Source of the DNA: Spongospora subterranea f. sp. subterranea
Lineage: Eukaryota
Assembly: GCA_049724395.1 (NCBI GenBank)
Contig: JAUGWO010000046.1
Coordinates: 186,001-250,000 of the forward strand
Length of the DNA stretch: 64,000 bases
Reading direction: 5' to 3'
Below are positions 1 through 12,903 of this stretch, one piece after another. The notes below the pieces were generated by a model. It saw only the letters and a program-made list of their open reading frames with translations, did no database searches and was not told the DNA's origin. How positions within the stretch are numbered: the stretch's first letter is position 1; the number at the start of each line of letters is the position of its first letter. The translations under genes were made by a program, and so were the position numbers.

Positions 1-282
1 CGAGGACGATCATCATGGACATCACGATCACGATGATGATGACGATGACGATGATGAAGACGACGATGACCGTAAGGAATCAAGAGCGATGGGGTCTGAT
101 CGTGTCTGATGACGATATGTTGTTGTTTGTGGGCAGATGAACATCATGGACACCATGGCGATTATGGACACCATTCACACCATGGCGATCATGAACACCA
201 TGGGGGACATCACGGTGACGACGATCACGAAGATCATCACGAACATCACGACGATCATCATAGCCATCATCGCCACCATTAA
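1..282 (+). CDS. 3' end of a His/Asp-rich protein (5'-partial, spliced)
   Basis: Frame 2 reads EDDHHGHHDHDDDD...; GTAAG...GGCAG intron at 72-136; continues in phase HEHHGHHGDYGHHSHHGDHEHHGGHHGDDDHEDHHEHHDDHHSHHRHH to TAA at 280-282. Missed by the ORF track. Confidence 0.75.
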
Positions 283-350
283 ACTGCATCAGCAGCGGGC
301 GGTCCTTCCCTCAATAAACTATTTCCCTCTCGAATCGCTCTCGTCGTACA

Positions 351-1931
351 TCAGCCGTTATAGCCTTTATGGCCGGTTCGTGGCGGTTTCTGTCTAACCC
401 ATAGGTCAGTCTTAACCCCAGCCGTTATCGGATAATCCTGGCGGAAATCCCCATCGACATCATCATCGCGCTGCGATTCCCTGACCGGGACCCGATCGTG
501 TCCTTTAGGATCGCCTCTATTGCCATCACCATACGTTAATCGCTGGAACGGTAGCGCCATCGGATCAGGTCGTGGCGCCATATCCTCAAATAGCTCATCG
601 CCATCGGTAAATGACGGATCCGAGTTCCTTCTGATCCCCGGTAGGCGATGCCGATCCAATATCGGCTGCGGTCGGCTATCGATCTTGTAGCGAACCTTGG
701 TCGTCGCCCGACGATGACGGCGCAATCGTCCATGGGGATCTATCGCCATCGAGTAGTGGGACGTTCGCAGATCGTGGAAATCCTTCTTCTTCTTCGGCTC
801 CTTCGACAGCGATGATGCGATGGCGCGGCTCGAGCCGGTGGCGATAATCGGCCGATCATCAGGCCTGTCATCCAGATAGACAGGAACCGACTGCTCGAAA
901 TCGCGCCGATCGCCTTTGAACACATTCTCTGGTGAATCCACCCTTAGTCCATATTCCTCGTCTCTGAAAATCGCCACCACAATCGACGGTCAATACCTGA
1001 TAAACTCAACCTGGATGGAATTGCGGAAATCCTACCGAAATCGTTGCTCTCTTGCCTGCTCGTGCAGCTTCCTTCTGGCTCGGGCATAGAACGCCCCGGC
1101 CATAGCCAGAATGGCGAACAGGATGGCGAAGACGATGGCGTAAACAATAGCGGTCTGATCAGTACCCGATGATGGTGTAGACTGTTCAGGTGTCGTATAT
1201 GATGAATATGGGTCGATATTCAGGCAATCTGGCAACGATATATAGTGGTATGGGGTACCGGACAGATTCAACGCTAGCGCCAGCATTGGAGTCCGCCCCG
1301 GTCCCATCCCATTCAATATGCGTTTACCGTTCTGGATCAGAACAATGAACGACCCGTTCCGCCGATCGACACCCCCGTCGTCGATCACCGGTGTTCTCGC
1401 TGGTAATCCCAGTTCCTGACGATATAGCGCCATCAGGTCGGCATCGGACACGTCGGTGTTCCAGTCGGCGAAATCGTAGTTCCACAGCGCGACGATCTGA
1501 GACGCTTTCCGGGCGTCGTCGACTTGATTGGCGACGCTGGTGAGATCGGGAGGGCGTCTGAGAACGGGATGATATCCGATCACCTTGATCAGCTGCTGTT
1601 GGCAATAGACCTGATCAACGGATTGAGCTCGGCAAGCGATCGTGTGCCCGTTGGCGATCATCTGTCGCAACATCTGCTGTCGCGAATCGCTCGTCACGAA
1701 CTGACTCGACTCCACGAAAAACGTCGCTGAGACGTTGAACGACTGCAATATGGAGAGGATCTGGGGTGTCCATTCGTTAGGACCACCGTCAACGGTCAAG
1801 GAGATCACACGATCGGTTGAACGGCCGTTGGCGCAATCGTAGGCCGGTTCGAGGGCCGATTGGTCAGCGGTGATGGCGATGATGGTGGCGGTGATTACGA
1901 TCCCGATGGCGATCGTGTCCCTGACGATCAT
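351..1931 (-). CDS. CE4/NodB polysaccharide (chitin) deacetylase-like type I membrane protein, catalytically degenerate
   Basis: Hydrophobic N-terminal signal; ISLTVDGGP...ATFFV, GHTIA, RRPP, WNYDFADW motifs of the NodB fold; TM helix AIVYAIVFAILFAILAMAGAFYA; intron 1035-964 (GTAGG...TTTTCAG) joins ORF 1032-1931 in phase to ORF 351-980. Confidence 0.8.
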
Positions 1932-2436
1932 GAGGTATTATATCGTGGGGGTGCCGCGGTGGCGATCCTCTTGGGGGATGGCGATAGGGAATATGGGTTG
2001 AGAGATTATTATGGGGGAATGGGCCCAATCGCTGACTCCATTGATGTGATCGTTATCCTGTCCTTGATTGTGTGTGTAATCTGGTGATCATGTTATTTAT
2101 CATGGCACGCGCGTCTATATATTCAATATATCCCCAATATTATCTCCCTATCCATATATGATCATCACTATATGATCAACACCAGTTTATCCCAACATCA
2201 CTCCGCTCTATTATTTCAGAACCCCATTGGTCGCTGCTCCCCCTAGATATACCAACATCACAATCACAAAGGGGTTCAAACCCGTCATCTGGCTGAGTAT
2301 TGTCGATGGCCCGGACACATTCTAGCTTTGGACCTAATTCGCCCAACTTTATAAAAATATGATCTAAAACCCCCCAAGGGTCAATCCATTGGCCGAATAG
2401 GTCTTTAAACTGTTTTAGAACGGGTCCAGATCACGA

Positions 2437-5400
2437 TCAGGTGTCTGGAATCACCGGTCGCCGTCTATTGGATAACGGTGTCCCCATCATCGATAATGAC
2501 GTCGACGGCCCATGGGCCAGGAACACATTATCGGCCTGAACCGCCGCCTGGACCGGTATCGCTCCTGATCGCCCCGTCAACGACGGCAATCGGATCAGGG
2601 ACGACGACGATGGCCCTGACTCAGCTGAATCCGGTTTCTGTGTCCCTTTGAACTGTACGAGGGCCAATGGCGCTACGATGGCGGCGATATCCCCAGTCGT
2701 CCCATCACTGGATACCATCGCGTCGCTCGTTGACGATGAATATTTGAGGGGCTGGGCGCGTTTCCGCCGATGAGATCGCGACCAGAACCGATCGACGAAC
2801 GCTAATCCGGGCGGATCGGTCTGAGATTCGATCGCAACCGTTGATGGCGATTGGGTAAACGGGTGTAATAGCGACGATAGATCGCGGGATGCGATTTCGG
2901 TCTGTTCGGCTGGATTGGGCGCCGTTATTATCACCTGAGTTTGTGTTCCCGATGATACAGTGTCCGGTCGCGTCGCTATCTGTAATTGATCATGATAAGC
3001 GGACGATGCGAATCGATCGGCTCGTGCTTGACTATCCGTCATCGTCTCCTGCATTTTCAGCTCCAGGCTCTGGTTTGCAGCCAGAACCGAATCCAGACGC
3101 AATTGCAGTGATAATCGCTCGCCCTCCATTACCTGATGCCAACACCATATCTCAATCTGGAACCGGTGGTCAATTTAATGGGGCACATCAACGCGTACTT
3201 GCGATTGTTTAGCCCAAGATTCGATGTTGGCGCTATTTGTTTTGACCTGGTGTTTGAGGTCCAAAGAGATTTTTGAGCATTGCTGAACGCGAACGACGAG
3301 CAGGCGCTCAAGCTCGGTCTCGACGGCACTGGCGGCGGTGATCTGATCAGTGAGTTGGGCGATCTGTTGGGCGTGTAATTGGGTGATGTTGTCAATGGCC
3401 TGGTATCGCGCCTCCCTCTCTTGATCAACCTGTTCTTGGACCTGATGAAGAGCTGTCGCCGCATCAGTCCTAATTTTAAATATAAATCCCCAATATATGT
3501 TGTTCAAGCCGTGCAGTTCCAGTAAACGAAACAGAACCAAATGAGTTGTTAAGGAGCTGACCTCAATAAGGTATATTCTGTCTGGAGTTGATCATATGAT
3601 GATCTGGATTGCGATATTGTCTGTTTAAGGTCGTCAACCTGCCGCAATAATCTCGTATTGGTGTCGATGGCCATGACCAAATCCTGTCTCGCCAATACCA
3701 ATCGTGTCGACTCCGCCTCCTTCTGTCCACTCAGCACATCCATCTCCCCCTGAACTCGTCGCATTTCTTGTTCCCCGACCTGCCCACAATAATCGTTTAT
3801 CCTGTTCCGATCGCGATCAACCCAGTCCATGATTCTACCTACCCGAACCTGTTCCACCAAACCCGCAATCTGCGAGTTCCTGGCCATAATCTGATTATTG
3901 ACCTGTGCGATATCCTGTTGAAGTATCTGTTCCCCTTTCTTCAGTATCGCCATCATCTCGGCGTACTCATCGCGCTGAACGGCCACCGACCTGATCTCAT
4001 ATCGTAGCTGGCTACAGTCTTTAAAGTGTTGGGCCAGCGTCATCTTCAGCTGTTCTTTCCCCTCGCCCACCAAGCTCACCAGGGTCTGCACCCGATTCTC
4101 CAGTTCCGATCGCTCTCGATCAAGTCGGTCGGCCAACTGTCTCGTATCCACCAACCGGTGATGTTCTTCTCGCGATCGGCGTAGATCATCGGCGCGGCAC
4201 CGTCTGATATTAAACAGGTCTTCCCCCATTCGTAAAAATTCTTTTCTCATCTGATCGCATTGTCGGGTTCGCTCGCCCAACTCCCCAGATATCTGCTCCT
4301 TCTCTTCGTTGAGTGCCCTGGTCAAATCGGACAGTTCATGGAACTGTCGCCCAACATCTGACAATTTCGCGTTCGTTGACGCTAGTTCGGTGGTTTTTGC
4401 GTTCAATTCGACGGTCAGCGAATTGACCGATGATTGAAGGCAAACCTCAGATCTGGACAACGTGTCGATCATGTCAGTTAATACTGAACATTTCTGTTAT
4501 CGTCACCTCAGACCCTGGACAGAAATGCGATTAGGAACCAACATTCTACCTGTTCTAGTGGTTTCCTCAGACTAATCTCCATCTCCAATCGCGACCTGTT
4601 CTGGTCATGGTCATGGCGTAATATGGCCATCTCCTGGTCCCTGGCCAGTACCTGCACCTGCATATCGCCGATCGTGCCGGTCAGTGTCCGATTGCTATCG
4701 CTGGCGCTCTGCAGTGATCGCGCCAGCTCGGCCACCCGCTCTTCCAGGTTCCGCTTCTCCCCGCTCAGCCGATTGTTTGAGAACTCCAGCTCCATTAGAC
4801 GCTTCTCATTCCCAGCGATTACCTCCTCACACTTCTTTCTGAATCACCCCCATCAATACAATTCCACGACAGAAAAGAGCGTTTGAGACCTTCGCGCAAC
4901 GACAGCGTTGACCTGCGCGTCGCTCTCCGTTTTGTCTTTGCGCATCCGGTTCAGGTCGATTTCCATCTGTGACATTCTCTCCTGCCATGTAACTATCCTA
5001 TTGGCCAGATCGGCATTGGCGATTTGCCCTTCTGCTATGGTCGCCCTGTCGACAATTGCTGCTGCCTTCTGATCCATTATTATCTGTCAAAACGGACAAC
5101 AGATCACCATCGTTTGCCAAACTGCTAAACAATATTCCCTACCTGTTCTAATGACGATTTTTCTAAAGATTGTCTCGATATGACATCGTTCAGCGATTGC
5201 AGTTTCTGTGCAAACTCGGTTTTGGTTTGTTCGGTCATTGCCGTCATTCTCTGTTGCCGTTCATGGAACTCCTGAAACTGTTCCTGCAAGTCGTCCCGTA
5301 ACTCGCCGACGACATCCTTGGCCTTGACCAGAACAAACCTATCCGCGATGATCCAGTACGCCTTCCAGAATCGCCTGACGATATCGTGGGAGTTCTGCGA

Positions 5401-5909
5401 TCCCTGAGCTATATCGCCCATCAGTTCCTGCAGACCACTACTGTAAACGAACAACGTCCTGTAGAATCGATCAACATTATTCTCCGATAGCCCAGCCTGA
5501 ATTAGATGGGTTCTCGAGATTCCCAATCGGTCCAGGGCCTTGCGGTCGGTCGTGTACGGTTTGGCGTGTTGGGCAGGTGGCGCTAGCGGCGTCGGCAACA
5601 GCGCGTCTATTCGATCACTGAGCTCGATCAAAGGGTCTTTGCCGATTCTATCGTTGATCCAGCACTCAACGGTCTGGCGTGGATCAGATCGGTATTGATG
5701 CAATGACAGCAGATTGCTATGATCTAACGAAGCGTCGGAATCACCAAACTCGCGAACAGGCGGCAATTCCTCTGAAAATATCAATTTTAGATGAACACCT
5801 CAGATTGCGATAGATGATCACTTTGTTTAGAGCTGAACCACTTTCCAATCAAGGCGGATGCTCCATTGGGGCGGCGATGATCGGTTCGGCCCGGAATAAT
5901 GCTCTGCAT
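2437..5909 (-). CDS. Large multi-exon coiled-coil protein of unknown function
   Basis: Chain of same-strand ORFs (5125-5784, 4853-5077, 4508-4795, 3549-4472, 3175-3540, 2437-3129) rich in E/Q/L/R heptads and separated by short GT-AG introns; start uncertain. Confidence 0.7.
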
Positions 5910-6018
5910 TATATGGGGTTGATAGCGAACGGCATCAGTGATAGGGGGTGGTCAGGAAAATATCGTGTGAAGATATCGTCGGAAAGGTACTGTATGATAT
6001 AGAACAATGATTTACGGC

Positions 6019-6971
6019 TTAGGTTGAACGGCTCTCGCTTCCTTCGATTGCGACCTGTGAACTCTTGAGAGCATCATCTCCGGCGAAATGAGAATCTTGG
6101 CCCTCTTCTTTGGCTGGTTTAGGATTATCGGCCCCATCGTCGCTGACCTTCTTGGACTTCTTCTTCGGCAGTAAATACCAGAGGGTTAGATCACCGTCGT
6201 GGCTTAGACCTGAAGCTTTCGTCCTGAATTCGTCAATGGTAATGGTCGACGACTGCGGTTTATCGAGCTTCTTGTAGTAGAGTTCAGCTATACCCTGGCC
6301 TGATAATATTGACCATTCTGGTGGAAGTAGACGGGTTTGCCTTAACAGGCTTATCGGGGTGAAATGCCCTGTTCTCAGCATTCTGTCGAGAAGATCAACG
6401 AACTGATCAAACGATATCGATCCCATGCCCGGTTGAACAGCTCTCCACGCCAAATCGACCGTCTGAATTGGCTCTGATTCATTTATAAGCATCGAAACTC
6501 CCACAGCGGCTTCAGCAATTTCCAGCTTCTCGGCAGTCGTGGGCGAATTGCGAAACATGCAAAGCATATCCCAGGATTGTGCTTCAGTGTTTGGGCAAGA
6601 TGCAACAAACAAGTCACCTAGATCGTCAGGCCTTATACCATTAGGGAACTGCTGCAACCGATCCTGTATCGCCCGAGCTAAATAGCGCATTGATTCCATG
6701 TAGATTGTTATAAAATATCGATATATAAAATACCTGAATCAATGGATAGTTTACTGCGAGATGCTAAATCCTCCAGCTCTTGTCTTCGAGCAGAGACCAG
6801 CTCGGTGCTGGCATCATTCAATGCTGCAGTCTTGCGGCGATCCCGCACGATATAATAGCCGATTGGCGCTGACAGACCAAGCAGAACGTGCCAGAACTGT
6901 AATCTGGGCCATTTGCTGGATGATGTTGGTGCTGCAGCTGCTGCAATTGATAATGTACGCCTCATAATCAT
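6019..6971 (-). CDS. Protein with N-terminal presequence/TM segment and degenerate EF-hand-like loops
   Basis: Two ORFs joined by a short intron near 6690-6733; MRRTLSIAAAAAP presequence-like start; hydrophobic FWHVLLGLSAPIGYYIV; GSISFDQF and STITIDEF resemble EF-hand loops. Confidence 0.55.
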
Positions 6972-7566
6972 CTTAATCAATGCGGGTCCGTACAGAGATT
7001 AACAGTCCTTGGGCCACGAGGCAGACAGCATTATTTGACACCAGCGGGTTATTCATGCACGTGCGTTGTCGTGGGCATCGTACATGGGTAGGTTTCGATG
7101 ATCTGATCTGCCTCAAGCGGATCGTTGTCAATAATGACCAATCAAATAAACCCAGCTAGAAACACTCCCCTTTTGACGAATCTGAACCTTTTCATATCCC
7201 ATTTGATGAAGTCCCATATATATATATCGCGCTGGTCATACGATTGTTTTCAGATGTGATTTGGGTTTCAGGAACGCGAACACCTCCCCAGATGTGTTAA
7301 ATAGAAAATGGGGTCGCAGCCCTCTCTATGTCACAATCATACCTATTACCCTATACCAGTGGTATCATGATTGACATGACATGTACCAGTATAACCGTTA
7401 GAAGATGGTGGTATATTGTGACAGGGTAACGTTACCATCTCAGTCTATATCTCTCTCTCTCATAATATCCGAATCAATTTTCTCGTTCGCAATTTCCTGA
7501 TAATAATTGCAAATTGTTCTCGTCAAGAACGTATTCACGTCTTCGGGGATCGCTTTGACAGGATTG

Positions 7567-9896
7567 ATGTCGTCTGAGGCACCTTCCGTCTCCAAAACAA
7601 CCGATGTTGTAGTCGAAATGTCGCCCTCGAATCAATCCAAATATGGGTCCGACACGTGGTTCGGGATTGGTAAGATCAGCAACCATATCTGGAAAGAGCT
7701 GTCGCTATGTGCATATCCCATTCTGCTTGAGACTGCTTCTGGAGTTGAGCCACAGATGTTCGACGTGACGCTGGATAGCTGCACACATCTCTGTCAAGCG
7801 TTTGACACCACAGCCGACGGACGAGTTTCTCGGGCCGAGCTAACAATGGGTCTAGAATCCAAAGGATTTTCTAGTCTGGATGCTTGCCAATCATATCAAG
7901 AGCTAATCGACATTTTAGAAGTTATCAATGCCGGAGCTCAGGTTGTCACTCCTGAACAATTGAGTTGGATACTTCAACGAGTTAAACTCGAAAAGTTGGC
8001 GAACTCTGCATTTTTCGACATCAAAAGCTACGACAATGAGTGCAACTGTTTCAAAAACTCTCCGCTAACAAGTTTCATATACAATCCACGCGAGTCCATC
8101 TCTGCCGATATTTTGACAGTATCAGACCAGCGGAACTTCTTTTTAAAAGATGAGCACCACACCAATTCGTTCAGCAGCAAGGGTATGCATTACATGATAA
8201 CCTCTATAATTGAAATTTAATCAGCAACATTAGCCTCAGTGCACTGGATTGCGTTCTCCGACGTGGTTGGTTTAGATGGCGATTTGAGTAGGTGTTCTGT
8301 TGCTCAAAAGAACCGAAGAATTGTTCTTATGCTTTGCCTGAGGTTTCGGCTACACCCGCTCTCTCTTGACCGTGTTCTGAATTTGGATTGGGGAAACACC
8401 GAAACGGTATTTGGTTGGCTTGTTCTCCTGTGTCGTTTCTCAGCTGTATATAGATATATATTCGGTCGTTTTGATTTCTTAATTCTACCTGTTTACCGTT
8501 TGACCAAACTGTCGCGACAGTCAATGGATATCTGTGAAAGAAGAACCAAAACTACACACTCACATCTTACGCGGCATGAATCTGGCCCTCGGCCTGTACC
8601 ATTTGTTGAGATAGAACAATGTCAGGTTGCAATCTGGAATGATCGCATCAGATGGAACGAACTGATTCATGTCCAAGTAAGTAGTGAGAATATTAATGTT
8701 GCACCTGGGTCTCATAGTTCGAGCAGTCAAAATGGATTTCAGCAAATCTTCGAATTCATAGTAACGAGTTTGATAACGGCAAATCGCCGTCGATGTGGAA
8801 AGACGCATCTGCAGAGCCCATATTTAGTGGTGTTACTGGCCAACTTGAGGCTAACTACTCGATGTTAAGGCGTGGCAACAGTGATTGGCTTCAATTCGCA
8901 AGTATATTCAAATAGAATTTTGTGAAGAGTTAACTAAGTTTCCTTTAGTCTTTGAGGCAATCGCAAAAGATCTTGCTAATGTCGTCAATGCACTTCGAAG
9001 CCTCATAGAATTCCATCAAGTTATGCTTCGATTTGTATCCAAACGCATCATTAAACCGCATATTCTCAGGATCTACTTCACACTGAGGAGTCCCATTATG
9101 CGACAAATAATATGAAGATGATCATCGCCCTTAATGACGATTTAGGTCGAGATACTCTGAGTTGCGATAATGGTTAATTAACAGTTCGACTGTGAGTACA
9201 GAGAATCTAAAGCGAAAAATCCGCCCTTTGCGAAGAATTGTCAGAGGCTTAGCGGACGATCCAGAACGCAACGGAAGCATCAGGTAATTCTGCATAGGAA
9301 GCCCGTAGCAATCCTGAGTGTTTTGTCAGGCGTTATTTGGCAGATTGTACGATAATTGTCTCAGCGCAGATGTCTCCGCGTTTGCAGTACTGACTCTTAG
9401 CTAACTGTATAGGTGATGAAGATATCAACAATTCGCTGCTGGACATGGAACAAATGAGTGTACAATGCGATTCGTTAAAGAATGAGGTTCGCACATACAA
9501 GGACACCCGAACAAATACAATGCTATTCATATTATCGGTAGGCTGGTGCAAATCCTCCCCGATGACCCATTTGTCTCAGGCTAGTTTCAGATGGTTACAA
9601 CTCTGTTCATCCCTGCCCAATTTATAACGGTATACATCGCATCGCCAAGAGTTCTTCGGAACGTTAATATGGCTTCAGGGTTTATATGGAATGAATTTTT
9701 ACGACGTTGATCACCAGCAATCATCGATCCCAGAGCTGACTTGGTAGTCTGATGCGCCTCTCCATTCCGTGTCAATTCTCACCTGTAGTATAGGCGATAT
9801 GGTTATGCATATTTCTGGTGCTTAATTTTGTTGATTATTGCTGGTACACTGTTGTTGTTCAAGAAGATGAAGATGTTTCCCAGGTTAAAGAGGTGA
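7567..9896 (+). CDS. CorA/MIT-family Mg2+ transporter with N-terminal EF-hand, copy 1
   Basis: EF loop FDTTADGRVSRAEL; RFRLHPLSL; C-terminal MLFILS...LFIPAQF..GLYGMNF (GMN signature near 9680-9700) then second TM YGYAYFWCLILLIIAG. Confidence 0.85.
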
Positions 9897-10187
9897 TGTG
9901 ATTTTCTCAGCTCGCCCGCACTGAGATTAATGTCGAAAAATTCAACTGTCGTGATTATATATGCGAAGAATAAACTGTCGATCTACCTGACAGTGAGCAA
10001 GATTCGCTTGGGATACATTCTGGTCAATATGAGTGATGGTCTGGTTTTGGTCAACTGTAACTGCATGTAATCAAGTGTACTGTAGTCAGGTGTATTTGGT
10101 CTGGGAGTTGAGCGCGTTTGTCGGAACTGGTACATATGTACTGTGTTGGCAAACTGTGGGAATGGACCAGAAATATATATATGCGGT

Positions 10188-12501
10188 ATGGAAACCATTC
10201 AGCCTTTCAGCAAACCGCTCCTAGATAGATCGCGAACTTCGATTTCGCATAATACTTCGAAAATAACAGTCCCCAACCTTGTCAAAGCGTTCTCAGCCGG
10301 TTCGGCTGATGATTTTCAGTCCATGGACACCATGGATTTCGGAACTTGGTTTGGCTTAGGCCATATCAGCGAAGTTATTTGGACAGAATTAGCCAAGTGT
10401 GCGCATCCGATCCCACTTGGGAATATTTCAGAAATCGACACCCAAATGTTTGACGTCACTACCGAAGGGTGCACCCGTTTGTTCCAGGTATTCGATAGGA
10501 CTTCAGACGGTCAAATATCCCGCTCTGAGCTCTTGGAAGGACTCCAATCCAAAGGATTTTCCGACCTTGACCAATGTCTGTCATTCGACAAGCTTATCGA
10601 CATCATCGAGATGCTAAATGAAGAGAATACAGTGACTCCTCTGCAGTTGGGATGGATTCTTCAGAGAATCAAACTGGAACAACTAACGGACCGGACATCG
10701 AGTAATTTCTTGAAATGCGTCATCAGCGGTTGCATAACCCCCGAACCTGGGAATCTCTGTTCAATCCAGTATAACGCTAAAGACTCCAAAACGCTCTGCA
10801 TTCGATCTAGCCAGGATATGCGAACTTTCTTTTGCAGAGATGATCGTCATAAAGACATTGCCAAAAACACAGGTACTCAAAGACACCAGAACCGTATTTA
10901 TTGGTGATGAAGATGCGATCATGTATTAGTTCAATGGATATCGTTAGACGATGTAGGGGGAATCATAGCTCATGCTGAGCCCTGCGTATCGGCGGAAACC
11001 AATCGGCGTATCATGCTGCTAATGGCGCTACGGTTCCGCCTTCATCCTTTAGCCCTTGACAAAATTCTGAACTTGCACTATGAAAGACCGAAAAGGTATC
11101 CGTTGAATGGTCATGTACGATATAGGTTTGTTGATAGTAGATCGCAGTTATATCCTTGGACGACATAATTTCATGATTATCCCGGTTTATCGTCTCACCA
11201 CACGGTCGATTCAGTCGTTTTCGAAATACATTCGGGCTCAGGAAACGGATTTCGGAAAGCAACGCGCTGAAGCTCTGTCGGTCATCCGGCCGTTCATCGA
11301 GATTGAGGAATGCGAAATCGCCATATTCAACGATATATTGACCTGGAATGAGCTGATTCATATCCAGACAAGATGGCGTCTGGCTAATATGAGGATGCAT
11401 TGCCGCATTCCAAGCGATATCAAAATCGCGTCTCAGGTTGCGCCAGAAGAGATTGCCACTCCCATATTCGCCGATCTGAAACGGCAATTGGAGACAAACT
11501 ACTCGTTGTTAAGGAGAGGGAACACAGAATGGCTACAGTTCGCTAGTATGAAACTATCGCTGATGCATGTGGTCATTCCTTTTTTTATTCATTTTGTGAA
11601 GTTCTAGATACGATTGGCAAGAGCCTTCTTAGCGTGACCGAATCATTGCGACATCTTATCGATTTCCACCAGGTAGGTTGACAACTGCTGTAGTATTGCT
11701 AAACTCAGATGTCGATATTAGGATTTACTGCATGCTCAAGAGGCAGCATATTCCAGAAGTGATCTGTTATTTCTCACTGAGCTTGGAGACGATCTAGGCA
11801 AGCGTTGAGAATACGATTTCTCTATACGTTCTAATCACGAAAACACATTTAGAGAGTCTTCAACGGAAAGTTCGACCATTACGAAGGATTGTCAGGAGCA
11901 TCGCTGAAGAGGATAAACACAGCGAAGGTGTCAGGTTGTCAACCAAGCAGCATGAGAACGGGTCGATTATCCTGACTGAGAGACATTAGGCGATATTTGT
12001 CTGACACTGACGAGGAGGTGACGAACTGCTTATCGGATATTGACCAGATGCTGGATCTCGTGGCGTCATTGAAGAATGAGGTTCGGATGTACAAAGACGC
12101 CCGACAGAGCGATATATTGTACGCGTTAACTGCAGGTACGATGATAACGTTGAACACCGATTCTGACAGCTGACCCTTTGATTTCAGTCACGACTACATT
12201 TGTGCCGGCACAGTTTTTAACAGTTAGTGCTCACCCGATTCTGTCTGAGTTTGTTGAAGAAATGGGCACTGCGTTGTAGGGGGTATATGGAATGAACTTC
12301 GCTGACCCCATTACTGGAGTGTCATCAATGCCAGAGCTAAACTGGTAATATGATTGGCGCGATGAAACTGGCCATGTTATAACTGACATCGATAATTTTG
12401 AAAGGAAATACGGATACGCCTTCTTCTGGATAATCGTCATCGTATTTCAAATTTTAATCGCAATCATATTTAGGAGGATGTTTGTGTCCAAATCAAAATA
12501 A
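10188..12501 (+). CDS. CorA/MIT-family Mg2+ transporter with N-terminal EF-hand, copy 2 (tandem paralogue)
   Basis: EF loop FDRTSDGQISRSEL; RFRLHPLAL; TFVPAQFLT|GVYGMNF at ~12280-12300; YGYAFFWIIVIVFQ; intron positions shared with copy 1. Confidence 0.85.
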
Positions 12502-12903
12502 AAAAGTTGTGTTCAAAATCATCCTACAGCATCTTCTGCTTCACCGTTGATGAACCGCTCTAAAAATATAGCTAGTCTCTAAATATATATTCTTCACCTG
12601 TAAAATTCGTGCCGGCCATCGGCCATAACATTCAGCATATTCAAAACATATGGACGTTGCACTGTAAAGACTATAAAGAGGTATTGCGCGTGACCTCTCT
12701 CTGGTTCGGCGGATATGTCACGTGTGTACAGTGTCACTGTCAGGGGCCGCTCTTTACAGAAGTGTCGGTCACTTGCTGTTGTAGCGTTTCACTTGACGTG
12801 ACTGCATGCGACTGGAGTGTATCGTAGGTCTGTGATAGTGTTACGAGTGTGTCGGTGCCCAGGGCCCTTGGCAATATCGACAGCTGGGGCTGGGATAACG
12901 CCC

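Noticed and set aside
80..397. ORF-track proteins 80-289 (-) and 137-397 (+)
   Set aside because: Shadow frames of the His/Asp-rich exon.
7329..7423. Short TGTCACAAT...ATTGTGACA inverted repeat (mini-MITE or solo LTR)
   Set aside because: Only ~14 bp with an indel and no target-site duplication; insufficient evidence.
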